Below, piece by piece: positions 26,104-40,192 of a DNA stretch of 64,000 nt. The DNA lies in the NCBI GenBank assembly GCA_965153355.1, contig OZ231126.1, forward strand, positions 20,212,001 to 20,276,000. Direction: 5' to 3'. Both the position numbers and the translations under genes were made by a program. The stretch's first letter is position 1. Every line of letters starts with the position of its first letter. Under the pieces are notes generated by a model. It was not told the origin of the DNA. It was given only the letters and a program-made list of their open reading frames with translations, and made no database searches. Source of the DNA: Flaccisagitta enflata. Its lineage: Eukaryota.

Positions 26104-26233
<130 letters not shown>

Positions 26234-28701
26234 CTCCTCACACACACACACACACGCTGCCACGCAGGCGCGCGTGTGTTAGCAGGCACCCAAGTCTGTA
26301 AATCTACGCCGTACGAGGAGAGAATAAATGTTGGAGTGGAATCATTAGTTCGCCGTTTATGACTTTGAAATCAGCATAATTACGCTATTCGTATACTCCA
26401 CAAAAATATATCCGTCAAAATCTTTATTTTCTTTTTTTCATTTTTTCGTTTTCTATTTCTTTTTCGTTCTTTTTTAATCTCTTCTACATCCGTTACTGAG
26501 TAAATCAAAGCTATTTAGTTGAGTATACGATTTTAGGATAACCAACGTCAATCCGTCCGTCTGTTCATCCGTCCGTTGGCAACAGAGTGAGTTAATGAGC
26601 TATTGGTTTGTTTTTCATCATTGTTTTTCCTTCATCACTGTCCCTGGTACCACTGGCATGACTACAGCTGTCTTTGCGACACTGTCACTGCCCATCAGCA
26701 CGCAACTTATAAAACCATGTATTCAGTCTTTTCTTTGTTTATGTATTTCTTTTTCTTTTTTTCCTTTTTTTGGCGCAGCGGGACCAGCGAAAACCGAACT
26801 CAAAAGTTCATTAAGGCGACCTTAAGCTAACCTATGGAGAGATATTAAGGCTTAAATGGGAACTGGGATCAAAGTTAGTTCACCGAGATTACGCAGTAAC
26901 GTCTTGAGAGTATGTCTGATATCTAGGCGCCAATTAACCAGCGCCTCCTGGGTCTCAGAACAAGGTTTCCCACTTTTTCTACGCGTGGGTGCGGAAACGT
27001 CCTTCCCTTTCGATTTCTGTTTTACAGTTTAACTCCACTCCAATGGACCCACGTAACGACGTACTTTCTAGGAAATAAATACACGGACAACTTACCAAGA
27101 TTGTAGTACCTAAACCTTAATATCTGTTAAAAAATGAAATCAGATCAACAAACTATAACAAAAAATCTTCCATTCAAGACCAAGCACAGCTCAGTTGCTC
27201 AATCCGTTTTTCAAATGGCAGCGTTTTAAAGAAGATCTGTCATTTTACATTGGAGGATTTCAGTCCAAATCATGAAAGAACGATCCACATTGAATGAGCT
27301 CTCAAATTTAAATGGATTGACCAAAATCACCCTGCTTGGCCTCATTAGATCACATTTTTCACAAATTCATTGATAATTGAAAAATTTGAAGGCTGATTTT
27401 AAACGTATCGCGTATTGCGTAACATCATAAGAAAACAGTACTGATTTAATGATTTTTAACGTATTGCGTATTGCGTAACATCATAAGAAAACAGTATTGA
27501 TTTAATGATTTTTCTTACTTTAAGAGAAATTGAGCACACGCTTGTTTTAGTTGAAAAATTCTGGACCAATCCCATAAAAAAATCCAAACAGAAGCACATA
27601 ATAGATCAAAATACCATAAAATGGCTAAAAATTGATTCATTTGATCAAATATTTCATTCCGTGAGTAAAAAGGCTAACTTTACTCCAGCTGTCCGTATAT
27701 TTATTTCCTAGATAGTACTTTTTGGGCACATCATAGCCATGGCATCGTTTTTGTTCAAGATTAGCTTAACGATTATCTGGAGGAGATCTTGGAGAAATTT
27801 CTATGTTAGTAGGTATTTGAGAAGTGATTGTAGGATCCTCATTTTTGTCGGTTTTTCTCCATTGTCTCTGTAAGGCCTCTTACATCTCTTTCCCCCTCGC
27901 CTTAATCTCCAACTCCTTTGCCTCTGCTCCTCGTGGCCTCATCCGTTTTTCATTTGCCTTCATGCAGGTCTTAGTATCGGCCTTGGATTACCCGCTTTTT
28001 GCCTTCTCTTCATTGGATGTTTGTGTTGCTGCAAGAAATATTGCTAGTGATAAGAGAACCAAAGCAATACTGTACTCAAAGGCAAAGGCCGGATGCCAAA
28101 GGCCAGAGGTCCAAACCTCGAATCTCAACTCTCAAGATTAACGTCGGACGAAACAATGTCCACAGATCTGCTTTAGCGTCTTCCATACATATTTTTAACC
28201 TGTCTTCCATGTCCAGTTATCACTTAGAATGCACAGAACTAGACTGTAGTTGGGTGTTTGGGGTCCTAAAACCATGATTTTATGATTGAATATTTGATTT
28301 TTGAAAAGATGGATGGGTTCCTTGAATGACTGAATGAATAATTGGTTTAAAGAGTGCATGATCTAATGGACACCGTCAAACTATCTACAAGGAATTACAT
28401 AATTATCATCCAGTTCGAAAGCTTTTGAGCATAAGTTTCCGATTCGTTAGATAATCGTGACTCGCCGTGGGAAATAAGAAAACCGTGTGTATCTGCGTTG
28501 ATAAATAAGTCGGCCATTCTGCCACGATTTTAATCTTTTGCGAAGAACGCTTACAATTGATGATCTTTTTAGCGTCTTTTTATCGATGTTATAGTACCCA
28601 ATCTAATGAATGCATTTTATACTGTTCAAGCATTTTCGTTAATGAAGCGAAAAAAGCTAAGCTAGTCAGATCAGTAGTTAGTGTTAAATATTAAAGTCGA
28701 T

Positions 28702-28800
28702 TTAGAGCTGATAATCCTGACCTTCCGGTGCAGGAGGGAGGCAACAGCAGCCGACGCCTGCCAAATGTTGTTCCAAGTAAACGTGCCTCCATTTACAATA
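28702..28800 (-). pseudogene. Orphan paralogous copy of the Kelch gene terminal exon
   Basis: YCKWRHVYLEQHLAGVGCCCLPPAPEGQDYQL* versus YSEWRHVYLEQDLTGVGCCCLPPAPEGQDYQL* at 46325-46427; its acceptor side abuts a HINE. Confidence 0.8.
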
Positions 28801-29338
28801 TGAACAAGGCCGCATATACGGCTACGGAAGTTGCGTGCGAGTGGGAAGGGGCAGTGATGAAAAGGCTAACCCAAGCTAAAACGCTAATACGCCAAAAAAA
28901 TTTAGTAAGTTTGAACTTAATCACTACGCGGGAGGATAGACAGTCTGGCCGACGTCAAAGTGTGGGAAGACGCATACGATGGCGCCCCCGGTTGTATAAC
29001 TCCAAGTACAGTGGAAATCCGATTTAATGGCCTTCAAGGGACTGGGGAGTTATGGCTGTTTAATCCAAATGTTACTAAATCGAATTACTAATTTTTGTCT
29101 TTTTTTTTTAAGTTTTTTAATGTGTACCACTTCAAAATGTTTTTGTTTTTTTATTTCATTGTACATCTAAGTATGCCTCTGCGTTTTCATTCCATTTTTT
29201 AAATATCAAACATACATGTTGGTTAAATAAAAGATTGACATTAAGATTAACAAGGCCAGATACACGGCTACCCAAGTCGCGCACAGGTGGGCAGGGGCGT
29301 TGAAAAAAGGCCAATCACGCTTTTTGGCAGGAGCAGTA

Positions 29339-29765
29339 CACGCTTTTCTTTTTATAAGAACACTGTTTATAAGAACATCAGCCTCAGATTTAGTAAGAAA
29401 ATAAGAACATCTTAAGAACATGCTGAGCCTCAGTTTTTAACATAAGTACGTTACTTTTTAAAAAAAATTGATGAAATAAGATGAAATATCCTTAAAAAGC
29501 AATATTATATTATTGATTTTTTAAATAATGTTTTATTGTCTTTTAAACAATAATGAAATATTAATGAAAAAACGATTTTTTTCTGATAGTTACCTAGAAA
29601 CAAAAAATTGTTTGAATTATATATAGTAATTGCATAATTATAGAGGAAATATTTAATCAAAAAAATAAGAACATGTTAAGAACGCTTGAGCCTCAAAATA
29701 GGGTTAAAATTAAGAACGCTGAGGCTCACTTCAGAAATACATGTTCTTATAAAATGAAAAGCGTG
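29339..29765. mobile_element. Tc1/mariner-type MITE nested in a HINE
   Basis: TIRs CACGCTTTTC.TTTTATAAGAAC with TA duplication. Confidence 0.8.
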
Positions 29766-30366
29766 TAATGCAGAAGTCGCAAAAGCGTTAGATGGTCAGC
29801 AGTACCCGTTGCCCCTATGTATGTGGATTTGAGTCTAAAGGTTGGGATTTGAGCCTCAACACCGGGATTTGAGCCTCACGGCTGGGATTTAAGCTCTAAG
29901 GCTGGGATTTGAGCCTCAAGGCTAGGATTTGGGCCTCGAGGCTAGAATTTGGGCTTCGAGGCCAGAATTTGGGCCTCAAGATTAGAATTTGGGCCTCAAG
30001 GCTGGGATTTGAGCCTCAAGGCTAGGATATGAGCTTCGAAGGGGGTGGACGGAGGAGAAGGAAGTGGGGCCTCATGGCCGGATTTTGAGCTTTGAGGCTG
30101 GATACTGGGCTTTGAGGCTTGATGTTCGAAGGGGTGGACGGAGGAGGAGAAGGATAAGGAGAAGGAGAGAGTTCTCCTGTGTGAATGCATAGGTCACCGG
30201 CCCCTTTGGGGCCACTGCCCAAAAACCGCCCATAAAAGCCAAAAAAGCTAAGCATTACCAACGGACCGACAGACCGACTGACGGACATAGCGTGCAAACC
30301 TAATGTTAATGATTGAGACCCTACAGGGCTGATTTGAGAATGAATACCATGAGTTTTAATGGCTTA

Positions 30367-30789
30367 CCGTATTTCCTGTAATCAGCACCCCGGGCGCTTT
30401 TGAAATTAAAATGAAATATTCTCATTTTTAACCTGCAATTAGCGCCCTCTCTTTGATTCATGCATCAATGATTTTTTATGAAACTTACTGTTTATGACAA
30501 ATGTTATGTGTTTCAGTGCAATATAGCACTAGAACAGAGAACATTTTTACATTGCATACCATTCATATGTTTTTTGTTTGTTTTTTTTTGCCAAAAGCTT
30601 ATGTTATGTGTTTCAGTGCAATATAGCACTAGAACAGAGAACATTTTTACATTGATACCATTCATATGTTTTTTTTTTTGCCAAAAGCTTTATTTACAAT
30701 AGATTTGATAGGATTTTCTTGAAAATAAAGTTTCGTCATGAGCTCTCTTTTTCTTGAAAGGGGGGGGGCAATAAATGCAGGAAGTACGG
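30367..30789. mobile_element. pogo/Tigger-type MITE
   Basis: TIRs CCGTATTTCCTG and CAGGAAGTACGG, TA flanks, internal ~100-bp direct duplication. Confidence 0.7.
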
Positions 30790-30809
30790 TATGTGACGTT
30801 CATTTATTA

Positions 30810-30917
<108 letters not shown>

Positions 30918-31418
30918 TCTCTCTCTCTTCCTCTCTCACTGTCGCTCTTTTTTTTTTGAGGGGGAAGGGGCAGTGACCTCAAAGGGCCGATGTCCTGAAG
31001 TGCACTGAGTTAGATTTTCAAATGCCCGGCCATCCATCCATCCATCGATACGTCCATCTCCCCATTGGCCATTGGGACTTCTCAACCCTCAAATTAATGT
31101 TCTCAGGCCTGATATTTGCCCTCCCAGCTCTAAAATCATCTGTGTCAGTCTCCAAATCTCAAATTAACTTCCAGACCCATCAGGCTTCAAACACATTGGT
31201 TCTGTGAGGCTGCTACCCTGCTTTCACTCCACTCTCAATTATATTCTGGTAACCCTTTAAGCGGAGCAACGGGTACCTTTGCCATGACCGTGTACAGTCC
31301 TTCGATGGCCGAACATTTTTTTTATCCTCCGCTGCTCTGCGTCGTCTCAGTGACGCATAAGCGCCGCCATCATGGAGAGCAAGCCCAAAAGGGCAACAGT
31401 TGCGTGCTCTATGTTACC

Positions 31419-32751
31419 CAGTGGGCGCCATGCTGATGCTAGAAATCATTTCTATAACAAAATCATTTCTATAAAGGAATCTTTTCTATCTAGAGAAGAA
31501 TTCTATAGCCGAATCTTTTCTTATCATGAATCTCTCAGCTATAGGAGATAAAATGACGTAGATGATGATTCGCTATGGCAGTTGGGCTATTGCTTATAAT
31601 GACTCATTTGGTGTCTCTATTGACAACAATCGCGGTTAATCCCAGGCGTCGCATCGCCTTAAAATCATGAACACATTTTCAATTATTCATTGATATTAAT
31701 CATCTTATGAGAGATTGAGGGGGTGAGCACAGTGAGTTAGTGAGCCAGGGAATGTAAGAATGAAAAGAATGAATAGACAGAATCAAGATTGAACAGATAG
31801 AATTGCGATACGCAATTGAACAGACAGAAATGGGATTAAAGCATCAAAATTGAGATTGAACGGACAAAATTGTTATTAAGCAAACAGAAACAGCAGACAG
31901 AATCATAAGTTAACAGAAAGAACCAGGAGTTAACAGAAGGAATCAGGACTTAACAGACAATCAGGAGTCAACAGACGAAATCGCGAGTCAGACGGAACTG
32001 TGAATCATCAGACGGAATCGCGAGTCTACGGACGGAATCACGAGTCTACGGATGGAATTGCGAGTCTACAGACGGAATCGCGAGTCTACAGACAGAATCG
32101 CGAGTCTACAGACGGAATCGCGAGTCTACAGATGGAATCGCGAGTCTATGCACGGAATCCCGAATCTATGCACGGAATTGCGAGTCTACAGATGGAATCG
32201 CAAGTGTAAAGACGGAACGCGAGTCTACAGACAAAACGCGAGTCTACAGACAGAATTGCGAGTCTACAGACCGAATCGCGAGTCTACAGACCGAATCGCG
32301 AGTCTACAGACGGAATTGCGAGTCTACAGACGGAATCGCGAGTCTACAGATGGAATCGCGAGTCTACAGTTGGAATCGCGAGTGTACAGACGGAATCGCG
32401 AGTCTACAGACGACCCGACAGCCATACTGAATCATCGATGAGTAGCGTGCAGATATTAAGCGTCCTTTACGTAATCTTAGAATATCACCTGCGCTATTGT
32501 TGCATCCTATAAACATGATCATTTCATTTCCGCAACACAATCCTGTGAGCTCCCCCTTCCAACTGAGTCAAGTCAAGCAATAGCCTAACAGCAATAACGA
32601 ATCATTGTCTACATCATTTTATCTCCTACAGCTGAGAGATTCATGATGTGAAGAGATTTGGCCTTAGAAATCTTTCCTAGATAGAAAAGTTTTGTTAATG
32701 GAAGTGATTTCGCTATGGAAAAGATTTCTACCATTAGCATGCCACCCACTG
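31419..32751. mobile_element. Non-autonomous TIR element carrying a 20-bp tandem array
   Basis: ~38-bp imperfect TIRs (CAGTGGG..CATGCT.ATG.TAGAAATC), TACC on both flanks, array (cgagtctacagacggaatcg)n at ~31980-32412. Confidence 0.75.
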
Positions 32752-33104
32752 TACCCCTACACACAAAACTACATAAGTACATTATTACTTTTTTAACACA
32801 ATTAACACAATTGTGCACCGCGTTTGGACTGTGTCTCTGCATGTATTGAATTTGGTACCAAACATGTGACATACAGAGAGACAGATGGATGAACAGACAG
32901 AGAAGCAAATGAGGCTCTCAAAACAAATTACAAATAGTGTTTGGTTTGGCGTGTTTCACATTTTTTCAACTCAATCATCACAGAAGGACGGACCCACCGA
33001 GCCCCGGACGGACCGACGGACCGACCGACCGACCTACCGACCGACACGGCAAGGTGTAGAGTCGCAATGACAATCCGTGTCTTTTGTTTTTAAGCGGGTA
33101 ATGT

Positions 33105-33183
33105 TTTAGGGTTAGGGGTGGGTTTTAGGGTTAGGGATAGAGTAGGGATTAGAGATAGGGTGAGGGTTAGGTGTGGGTTTGGC
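33105..33183 (+). repeat. Degenerate interstitial TTAGGG-like repeat
   Basis: ttagggttagggg...ttagggttaggg visible directly. Confidence 0.6.
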
Positions 33184-34512
33184 TTTATATGTTTAAGCTC
33201 GAGTAAGCTTGAATTATAGATTTGTCCTTGTGGGGAAAAACAAGTGCACTGGATTGAATTACCTAACATGACCCAAAGACTCTTATTGAGTCGTGAGTGC
33301 TCGACTGTAGGGAGAGAGCGAGTGAGACCGAGCGCCGCTACTACAGCAACACTACCACGGTGACGCTCCCAATGTCGTCACTATAATCTCATTAAAAACA
33401 ACAAAAAAGCAAAACACCTTTGGTCGCGTTTTTAGATGCGTCCCCGCGTCTCTATAAGAGAGTCTGTCCATCTGTTGGTCCATCCGTTGGCCCAACCGTC
33501 CATCACACTTAGGTTAAAAAAACATTTTTGGCACTTTCTGGCCGCCGCGGTGTCGTACACCATCTGAAACGATCTTTGAGTTTAAGTGGCTCATTTGATG
33601 GCCCTTTTCAAAATCTGTCTGTCTATCCATCTGTACCTGCATAAGTAGCAAATGTTCAGTGCGAAATTCGGTCAGAATGCCTTGTTGCCCGATTGACCTT
33701 GCTGGTCTTTCAACTGTGACACGCGCAAATTTACAAAAAGTGCTTTTATTGGAATATTCTCTCCAACTGTGTTTGTTTGTTTTCCAAAATCATCTCACCT
33801 TTTAAGCCGCAATGGTTGGTCAGTCCATCAGTTCGTACCTCATAGTCCCTTTTAGTCTCTAATTGGTCTATCGGTTCATTGGTCGATCAGTCGGTTGGTC
33901 GTTCCCCTTTTTACTTTTTCAGCATTTTTGAGCTTTTTGAGCTCACTGCTCCTGCCCAAATGCCCATGTAACTTCTATCACTGCCCCTGCCCACCCGCAC
34001 GCGAATGAGGTAGCCGTGCATCCGGTCTTGTTGATCTTCACTGCCTGCAATAGTACAACTAAACTTAACTTATTCCCATTGAATGATGTGGCTGCGTTGC
34101 AAACACTATATTCACCCCCGTTTGCATCAAGTCTTTTTGATCGTCATTTCTTTATGCATTAACGATGAGGTTCACCTCGTTCATCGGGATGTCAATTTTG
34201 TTCGTCTCTCTCTTTCTCTCTCTCTTTCTCTCTTGTTGGAAGATAGTTTGTAATTGGTCGGATCTGAGGATTAAGCGAGAGAGATAATCGTGAAGATAAG
34301 AGCAATCGTGCGAGCGTTTGACAGTCGGACTGCGCTGCGCATCAGTACGCGATCACCTCCGCCTGGTATCCGGCCTTGTTTTTCTGTTTCCGTTTATCTA
34401 ATAAGTATACGCTTTAGTTATTGAACGGGTTTTCAAATACGTTGATACGCCCTCTTCAGCCTGTGATCACAAAAGTAATTCCTAACTGTCTATTGCAAAA
34501 GTCTATCAGTTC

Positions 34513-34565
<53 letters not shown>

Positions 34566-35067
34566 CATTCCTACATTCATTACAGATGACTACAGATGCC
34601 GACAAATTTGTTTGAACCGCCTGTCATCAAGATCCTTGATGACCGGATTCACTAAATACTTACATTGAGCAAATTGCTTTACAAAGTACAAAATGACAAA
34701 TTTCGTATCTCTCTGGGATTGGATGTATTGGATGTGTATATTTTGCCTGTTACAGAGTAAGTAACTTTGACTATATAGCTACAGTGGGGTTCGTGGAATG
34801 AATGGTATTGTATTCGTCAAAAAAGTTATGACAGTTGCATACTTCAAGCAAACAAAAAACTATAAACTACTTAACGAAAAATAAATCATCCTTCACTTTT
34901 AAGGCGGTGTCTCATTAGGCAACGCACCACCTTGTTATACATCCCACGAATTTTTTCAACAAAGGACTTTTTTCGCGAAAAAAAGATTTCAATGATATAG
35001 GGGAATTTTAGCTCTTTTCGTAGGAACCGCGTGCTTTCCCAACGATTGTAAGAATAGATGAGGCGTA

Positions 35068-35660
35068 ACCATAAGTGCAATAAAAATGGCCGATTTTTCA
35101 ACAGCTTTGTGCACAGGTTTTGGTCAAAAGATTCTTGGGACCATCCTAAAATTCATGCATTGTAGAAACATATCAAAATTATCTTTCATTTGAGTCCATG
35201 CAGCAAATTTTTTCTCAATTCTTTTAGAAAATATGACAGATTAAGGGCTAACAACTAAATTGCCACCTCATGAAAAAAGGGCCGAATTTGTCACTCGGAT
35301 TTTCTGAAATATTTTAGATGAGTAAAAATGATAGAAGATCTTTATCGATTTCGATGAAATTTTAGGTGCTAGTTGACCTGTATTTGCCCCAATATCAATT
35401 CAATTTTTATCAATATCGGGCAACGTCTTCTGTGATTTTTTATGGAACTTTGTAAAGATACCATGGGCAGCTTCAAAATTAAGTGGTTTTGCTAATCTTA
35501 CTCTCATTTGCATATTCATTGAGTTAGTGGTCCCACAAAAGTTTCAAATGAAAGATCTTTTGAAGGGCTTTCAAGGTGTCATGAATTTTGCTATGTTCAG
35601 ATGAATTTTTGATCCTTTACGGACCTTTCAAAAATCGGCCATTTTTATTGCACTTATGGT
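35068..35660. mobile_element. MITE, 593 bp, TA-flanked
   Basis: Perfect ~31-bp TIR ACCATAAGTGCAATAAAAATGGCCGATTTTT. Confidence 0.85.
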
Positions 35661-35662
35661 TA

Positions 35663-38062
35663 TAGAATCATTCAAAGCGACGTTACATTTTTGCATCTCT
35701 ACATTCGTCAATTCTTTAACTTCGGCGCAGTTAGTTAGGCAGGGGACACAATGAGAGTACAAAAAATTCATTTGAACTAATTCATTTTGGATAAGATTTG
35801 ATCTAAGTATTGAATTAGCCGAGCGGTAAAAGGCGCTTAACTCCGAGGCAATGGAAAAAGAGAATTTTGCACCCGAAACGATTGTGCAACCTAGATATTT
35901 CCAAGAGGGGACAAAATCAATAGTTTCATTATTCAGTGAAAGTGGTGTGATAGAAGCCGAATCCGTTTTCCCAAAAACAAGAGACTTAGACTTTTTGACA
36001 TTGAATGATAAACAAAATTCACTACAGTAGTTCGAGCATAATACATAATACATGCTACAAATATGGATAACATATGGCATCCCATACCAGAATTGCGTAA
36101 TCTAACAATAAGATCATCCATGTAGAGAACAAAAAGATTGGGGCTCAAAACACCTCCTTGTTTGGTACCAGTGGATACGTGAAAATAATTACTGTATGCA
36201 TTTTCCCAGCGACAGCGACTTTTCATGTTCAAATACCAATAAATCATTAGTTTCAAAAAACAGACAGGTACGCCGCGATCTATTAATTTTAGAAATATAC
36301 CATAGTGAGAAATGGTATCAAAGGCTTTCGAACAGTCAAGCATTGTTGCAATGACGTTAGATCCGTGATCAGTAAAATATTCTACACAACTCTTTAGTAC
36401 AAAAATTGCATGAGAGGGTGAGTGGGCTTTTTTGTAAGCAAATCGGAGATCATCGCTTTCCAGATAGTGACCAAATTTCCGTAACAGGGCATTTTCAAAG
36501 ATTTGTAAGATTACAGGACCTAATGTACTATCTTGTTCAAATCAAGAGTCCGCGCGATGACATTAAGTCCCCCTTTGGTATCAGATTGATAGAAAACTCT
36601 AATTTTTTGTGATGAATGTTTATTTAAGCATCTTTGGGTATTCAATGTGTTTCATATAACCTTTTCTATGTTATCAGAGAGCTTAATAACTTATTTCAGT
36701 GTTACCTATCAATTAATTTCAGGAGCAATTTTGACCACTTTCTTGTTTTGAGAGGTATGCACTCAATTTGATGTAAAATCTAAACGGCTAAAGCTAGTAA
36801 GCTCTGCTTGGCGGCATTTGAAAGCCCTTTTGAAGCTCTTTACATCGGTCACCGATTTTCCTATGTTTCTGTAACTGATAAGTGCAGAAACATAAAAAAT
36901 ACATGCCTGAATTTCGAAAAGAAATTCTTGTCTAATTCATCAGCATAGTTTAAGGTGAACTCTTTTACTCTTTTTGCTCTAAAATCCAAACGAATTGAGC
37001 TACAATGCTCTGCTTGGTGGCATTTAGAATAGAATAGAATAGAATAGAAGGTTAATCTCCTAGGGTAGGCATTCAGCCCACATATTGGAGACGTCATTGC
37101 ATTTTTGATGCGGTTGTTCAGCCGAATTTTTTCAGTCCCGGTCGTCCATTTTTTCGTTTCTCTCCACTTCATTGCTGAACATCATTTCTTGAGGAATTTT
37201 CCCATGCGTCATAGGCATTCTTAAACGCGTTGATCGATGTCTGCATTTTCACTCGTTCCGGCAGATCATTCCAGGTACGCGTTGCTCTGATACTAAAGAA
37301 ATTTTTTCTTATTTCCAGTCTTGCATTGGCCACTTTCAGTATCTTCTCCTTTTTTACTTGTCCCTGGTTTGTGATCACCAAATTCGCCCGTGTCGGTTGA
37401 AGAGCTTTCTAACGGTCACCGGTTTTCCTAGGGTTTTCTTCACCATTTGGATGAAATATGACAAAAACTACCGGACTCTTGTTTTGAACAAGATAGTAAT
37501 TCCACGATGATTAGATGGACAAGAAGTATCACCGTTACTATCTTTTATGATAGGCGAAATTGTGCCACAAAGAAATTCTTGAGGCATATATGAATGAGAC
37601 AAAAGAGCATTGAACAGTAAGTGTATGTAATAAAGAAATTCTGGGCAGCCCATAAGTATATGTTCTGCTTTTATAAAAGTACTTGTTGATTTACCCGTTT
37701 TCAATTTAAATACAGAATCGAGCATGTCATCCCAAGTGAAAAGATACGGTAAAAGCGAGGATGAGTGATTCACACAATAACATGATAGGTATCCTCAAAT
37801 TGTGTTTTAAGCTTGTCATCAGCATTTGATTTTGTATACACACTTTTAAAATAGCAAAAGTGTTCGGGATGTCATCATGACTAATACATCCATTTATCAT
37901 AGTACTGCTAACGCCGTGACCATCTTTCAGTCTATTCCAATTCTTCCAAAAGCTGTTATTATCTTTTTGAAGTAGGTTATCCGCCAATTCATTGGTAATT
38001 TTACAATCTGTATCACGCTTGGATTTACGCAATAGCAACTTATACTGCGAGTTAGTACGAAT
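35663..38062 (-). pseudogene. Fragmented non-LTR retrotransposon RT (segments 38062-37468 and 36410-35663), broken by nested insertions
   Basis: RT motifs PIIKD...NHRGIT, LDCSKAFD, KQGGVLSP.LF.LYMDDL and KYLG; the YADD region is deleted; frameshifts present. Confidence 0.85.
37025..37410 (-). mobile_element. 5'-truncated CR1-like LINE 3' end
   Basis: RLEIRKNFFSIR...WNDLP......SINAFKN C-terminal motif followed by an (ATTCT)n tail. Confidence 0.8.
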
Positions 38063-38065
38063 TTA

Positions 38066-38604
38066 ACAGCCTAAACTTGAGGAAGGTATTTAACAGTCTT
38101 AATTTCATTTGACAGCTTTGATATTTGAAATATAAGTTGTGCAATTGATGCTTGTGTCCCTGAGTTTTTCAGTCGCCATGGAAACCAAAAATTATTTTGT
38201 TGAACAGTCATAACTGTTAAAATATCAATGTTTTCATCGATATTATAAAGGAACATTGCTCAAAATTAAATTTATAACAACTTTCCCACAGTATGTTTGT
38301 TTAGCTGTTGCTAGGGAGCATCAGTTGCCTGTTGCTATGTGTGATGCTCCCTAGCAACGGCCAAACGAGCAATAATCTTACAGAACATACTGTGGGAAAG
38401 TTGTAGCAAATTCAATGTTTCCTGATTAAATCTGTCAGAATATTGATATCCAAGCAGTTATAAATGCTCAAAAAAATAATTTTTGTTTCCATAGCAACCA
38501 AAAAACTCAGGGACACAAGCATCAATTGAGCAACTTATATTTCAAATATCATGTCTGTCAAATGAAATTAAGACACTTAAATATCTTCCTCCAGTTTAGG
38601 CTGT
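38066..38604. mobile_element. Fold-back (almost fully palindromic) MITE
   Basis: Arms are reverse complements over ~250 bp, centred on gttgctagggagcatca...tgatgctccctagcaac. Confidence 0.85.
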
Positions 38605-40015
38605 TTTTCCATGGACCCCACTGTATGTGCTCTCAGATAGTGCTAAGCGGAATCCTGCATGCGGCCATCTTTCAACCGGTCAAGAAGCCACATGAATGTG
38701 ACAACTACCGAACTTTCCTCCACGAATTGAAAAGAAAGTGATTTTTTTTGTCAAACTTTTTAAAAGAAATGTCGTTAAACAATGAATTAGTCTTCGCTGA
38801 CATCTGTTAAGCATATCCCCGTTAGAGTGCATCAAGATGGATAATGACATAATAGATATTCGAAGCAAGGGGGCCGTGCGCGTCGTCAATTGCGTCAGAC
38901 AAAAAAAAGGGAAACTCAACGAATCATTGTGGCGACTATGGCCAAAGTGATCACGTGATCGCTGTACAACCTACTAGGAATTTGTAAAGGGTTTCGTTGG
39001 TTATTCATGCACAATTTCAGAAAATTTCATTGGATATTTTAGTAGCTGCGCTAATTTGAAATTTTTGGGTTGGTAGGCTGGTTTGGGTGGTTGGACAATC
39101 TGAAATTTCCTGAAACTTTACACATCAGTAGACAAGGTCATATGATGTTACTATACAAAAAATCAAGTCAATCGGGCTATCCATTCACAAAATATGACCT
39201 CTCAAAGTTTTGGCAAAAAAAGTCACGATGATTTCCCCCACTTACAGTAACAAGGCCGGTTACACGGCTATCTCGGTCACATGCGGGTGGGCAGGGACCA
39301 TTTTTTAGGTCACTTGACCATTTCGGCAGGAGCAGTGTGGTCAAAGAATAAAAAACAGAAAAAAGTAGTCATGTAGCACGTGACTAAAAAGTCACGAACA
39401 CGTTTCTTGTGATCAGCACATCTAAGATATTGAAAATATTGAGAAAAAAAAAGATGGACGGAGGGAAAGCTTAAAAGCCAGGGTTTCTAACGATGTAAGA
39501 TTTTATAGTAATATTTCTTTAAATATAGCAACGTCGTCACTTTCTTCAGACCGGCCAGCTTAAAAAGTTGAATCAGTAAATTCCTCTAGACCAGCGAAGA
39601 CAATCTTTTTTGTAGGTCTCCATAATGAAAATAGAATTTCATTCAGAAAAAAAATCAAATATTTTGAGGAAAATGAACTTGGTCGATGGCAAAATACGGA
39701 AAGCTAAGTTCTGCAGGTAAACTTGTTTATCTCACCATGAGCACTAGAAAATGGCCCCCGGCACAAAACTGGGCACATGTACGAGCGATTACACCGAGTT
39801 ATGGAGCTTTTTAGTACATTACAGCGGCCATTACATTACAGTTACATCCCACTAATACGGACCTAAAACAAGAGTATATCGTATGCATATGTGATGGAAG
39901 CAACCATTTAAAAGTGGCAGGCCTGTATATTCTTGAGTTTCCTCCCCCCCCCGGGGGGGGGGGGGAAATCAAAGGGTCTGGAGATGGGGAAGGAAATCAA
40001 AGGGGGAAAAAGGGA

Positions 40016-40170
40016 AACAAGGCCGGATACACGGCCATCAGTTGCGGACGGGTGGGCAGGGGCGGAAATGCGCGTTTTCTCACTTTTCAACTCGAGCGTG
40101 ACGGACCAACGGACCAACCAACCGACGGACGGACAAAGCCTCTTATAGAGTTGCGTGTCCGCAACTAAAA
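40016..40170 (-). mobile_element. HINE-like element, family 2
   Basis: AGTTGCGGAC sub-TIRs, (GTCY)n, GGCCG-TGTATC-CGGCC hairpin. Confidence 0.75.
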
Positions 40171-40192
40171 AAGGAAATTTAAGGAAAATATA

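Noticed and set aside
31375-31418. Possible first exon (MESKPKRATV) interrupted by the TIR element
   Set aside because: Too short, and no downstream exons could be linked.
31980-32412. Regular 20-bp repeat array resembling CRISPR
   Set aside because: Head-to-tail units with no unique spacers, in a eukaryotic context with no cas genes.
33105-33183. Telomere or chromosome fusion site
   Set aside because: Short, degenerate and single-orientation.
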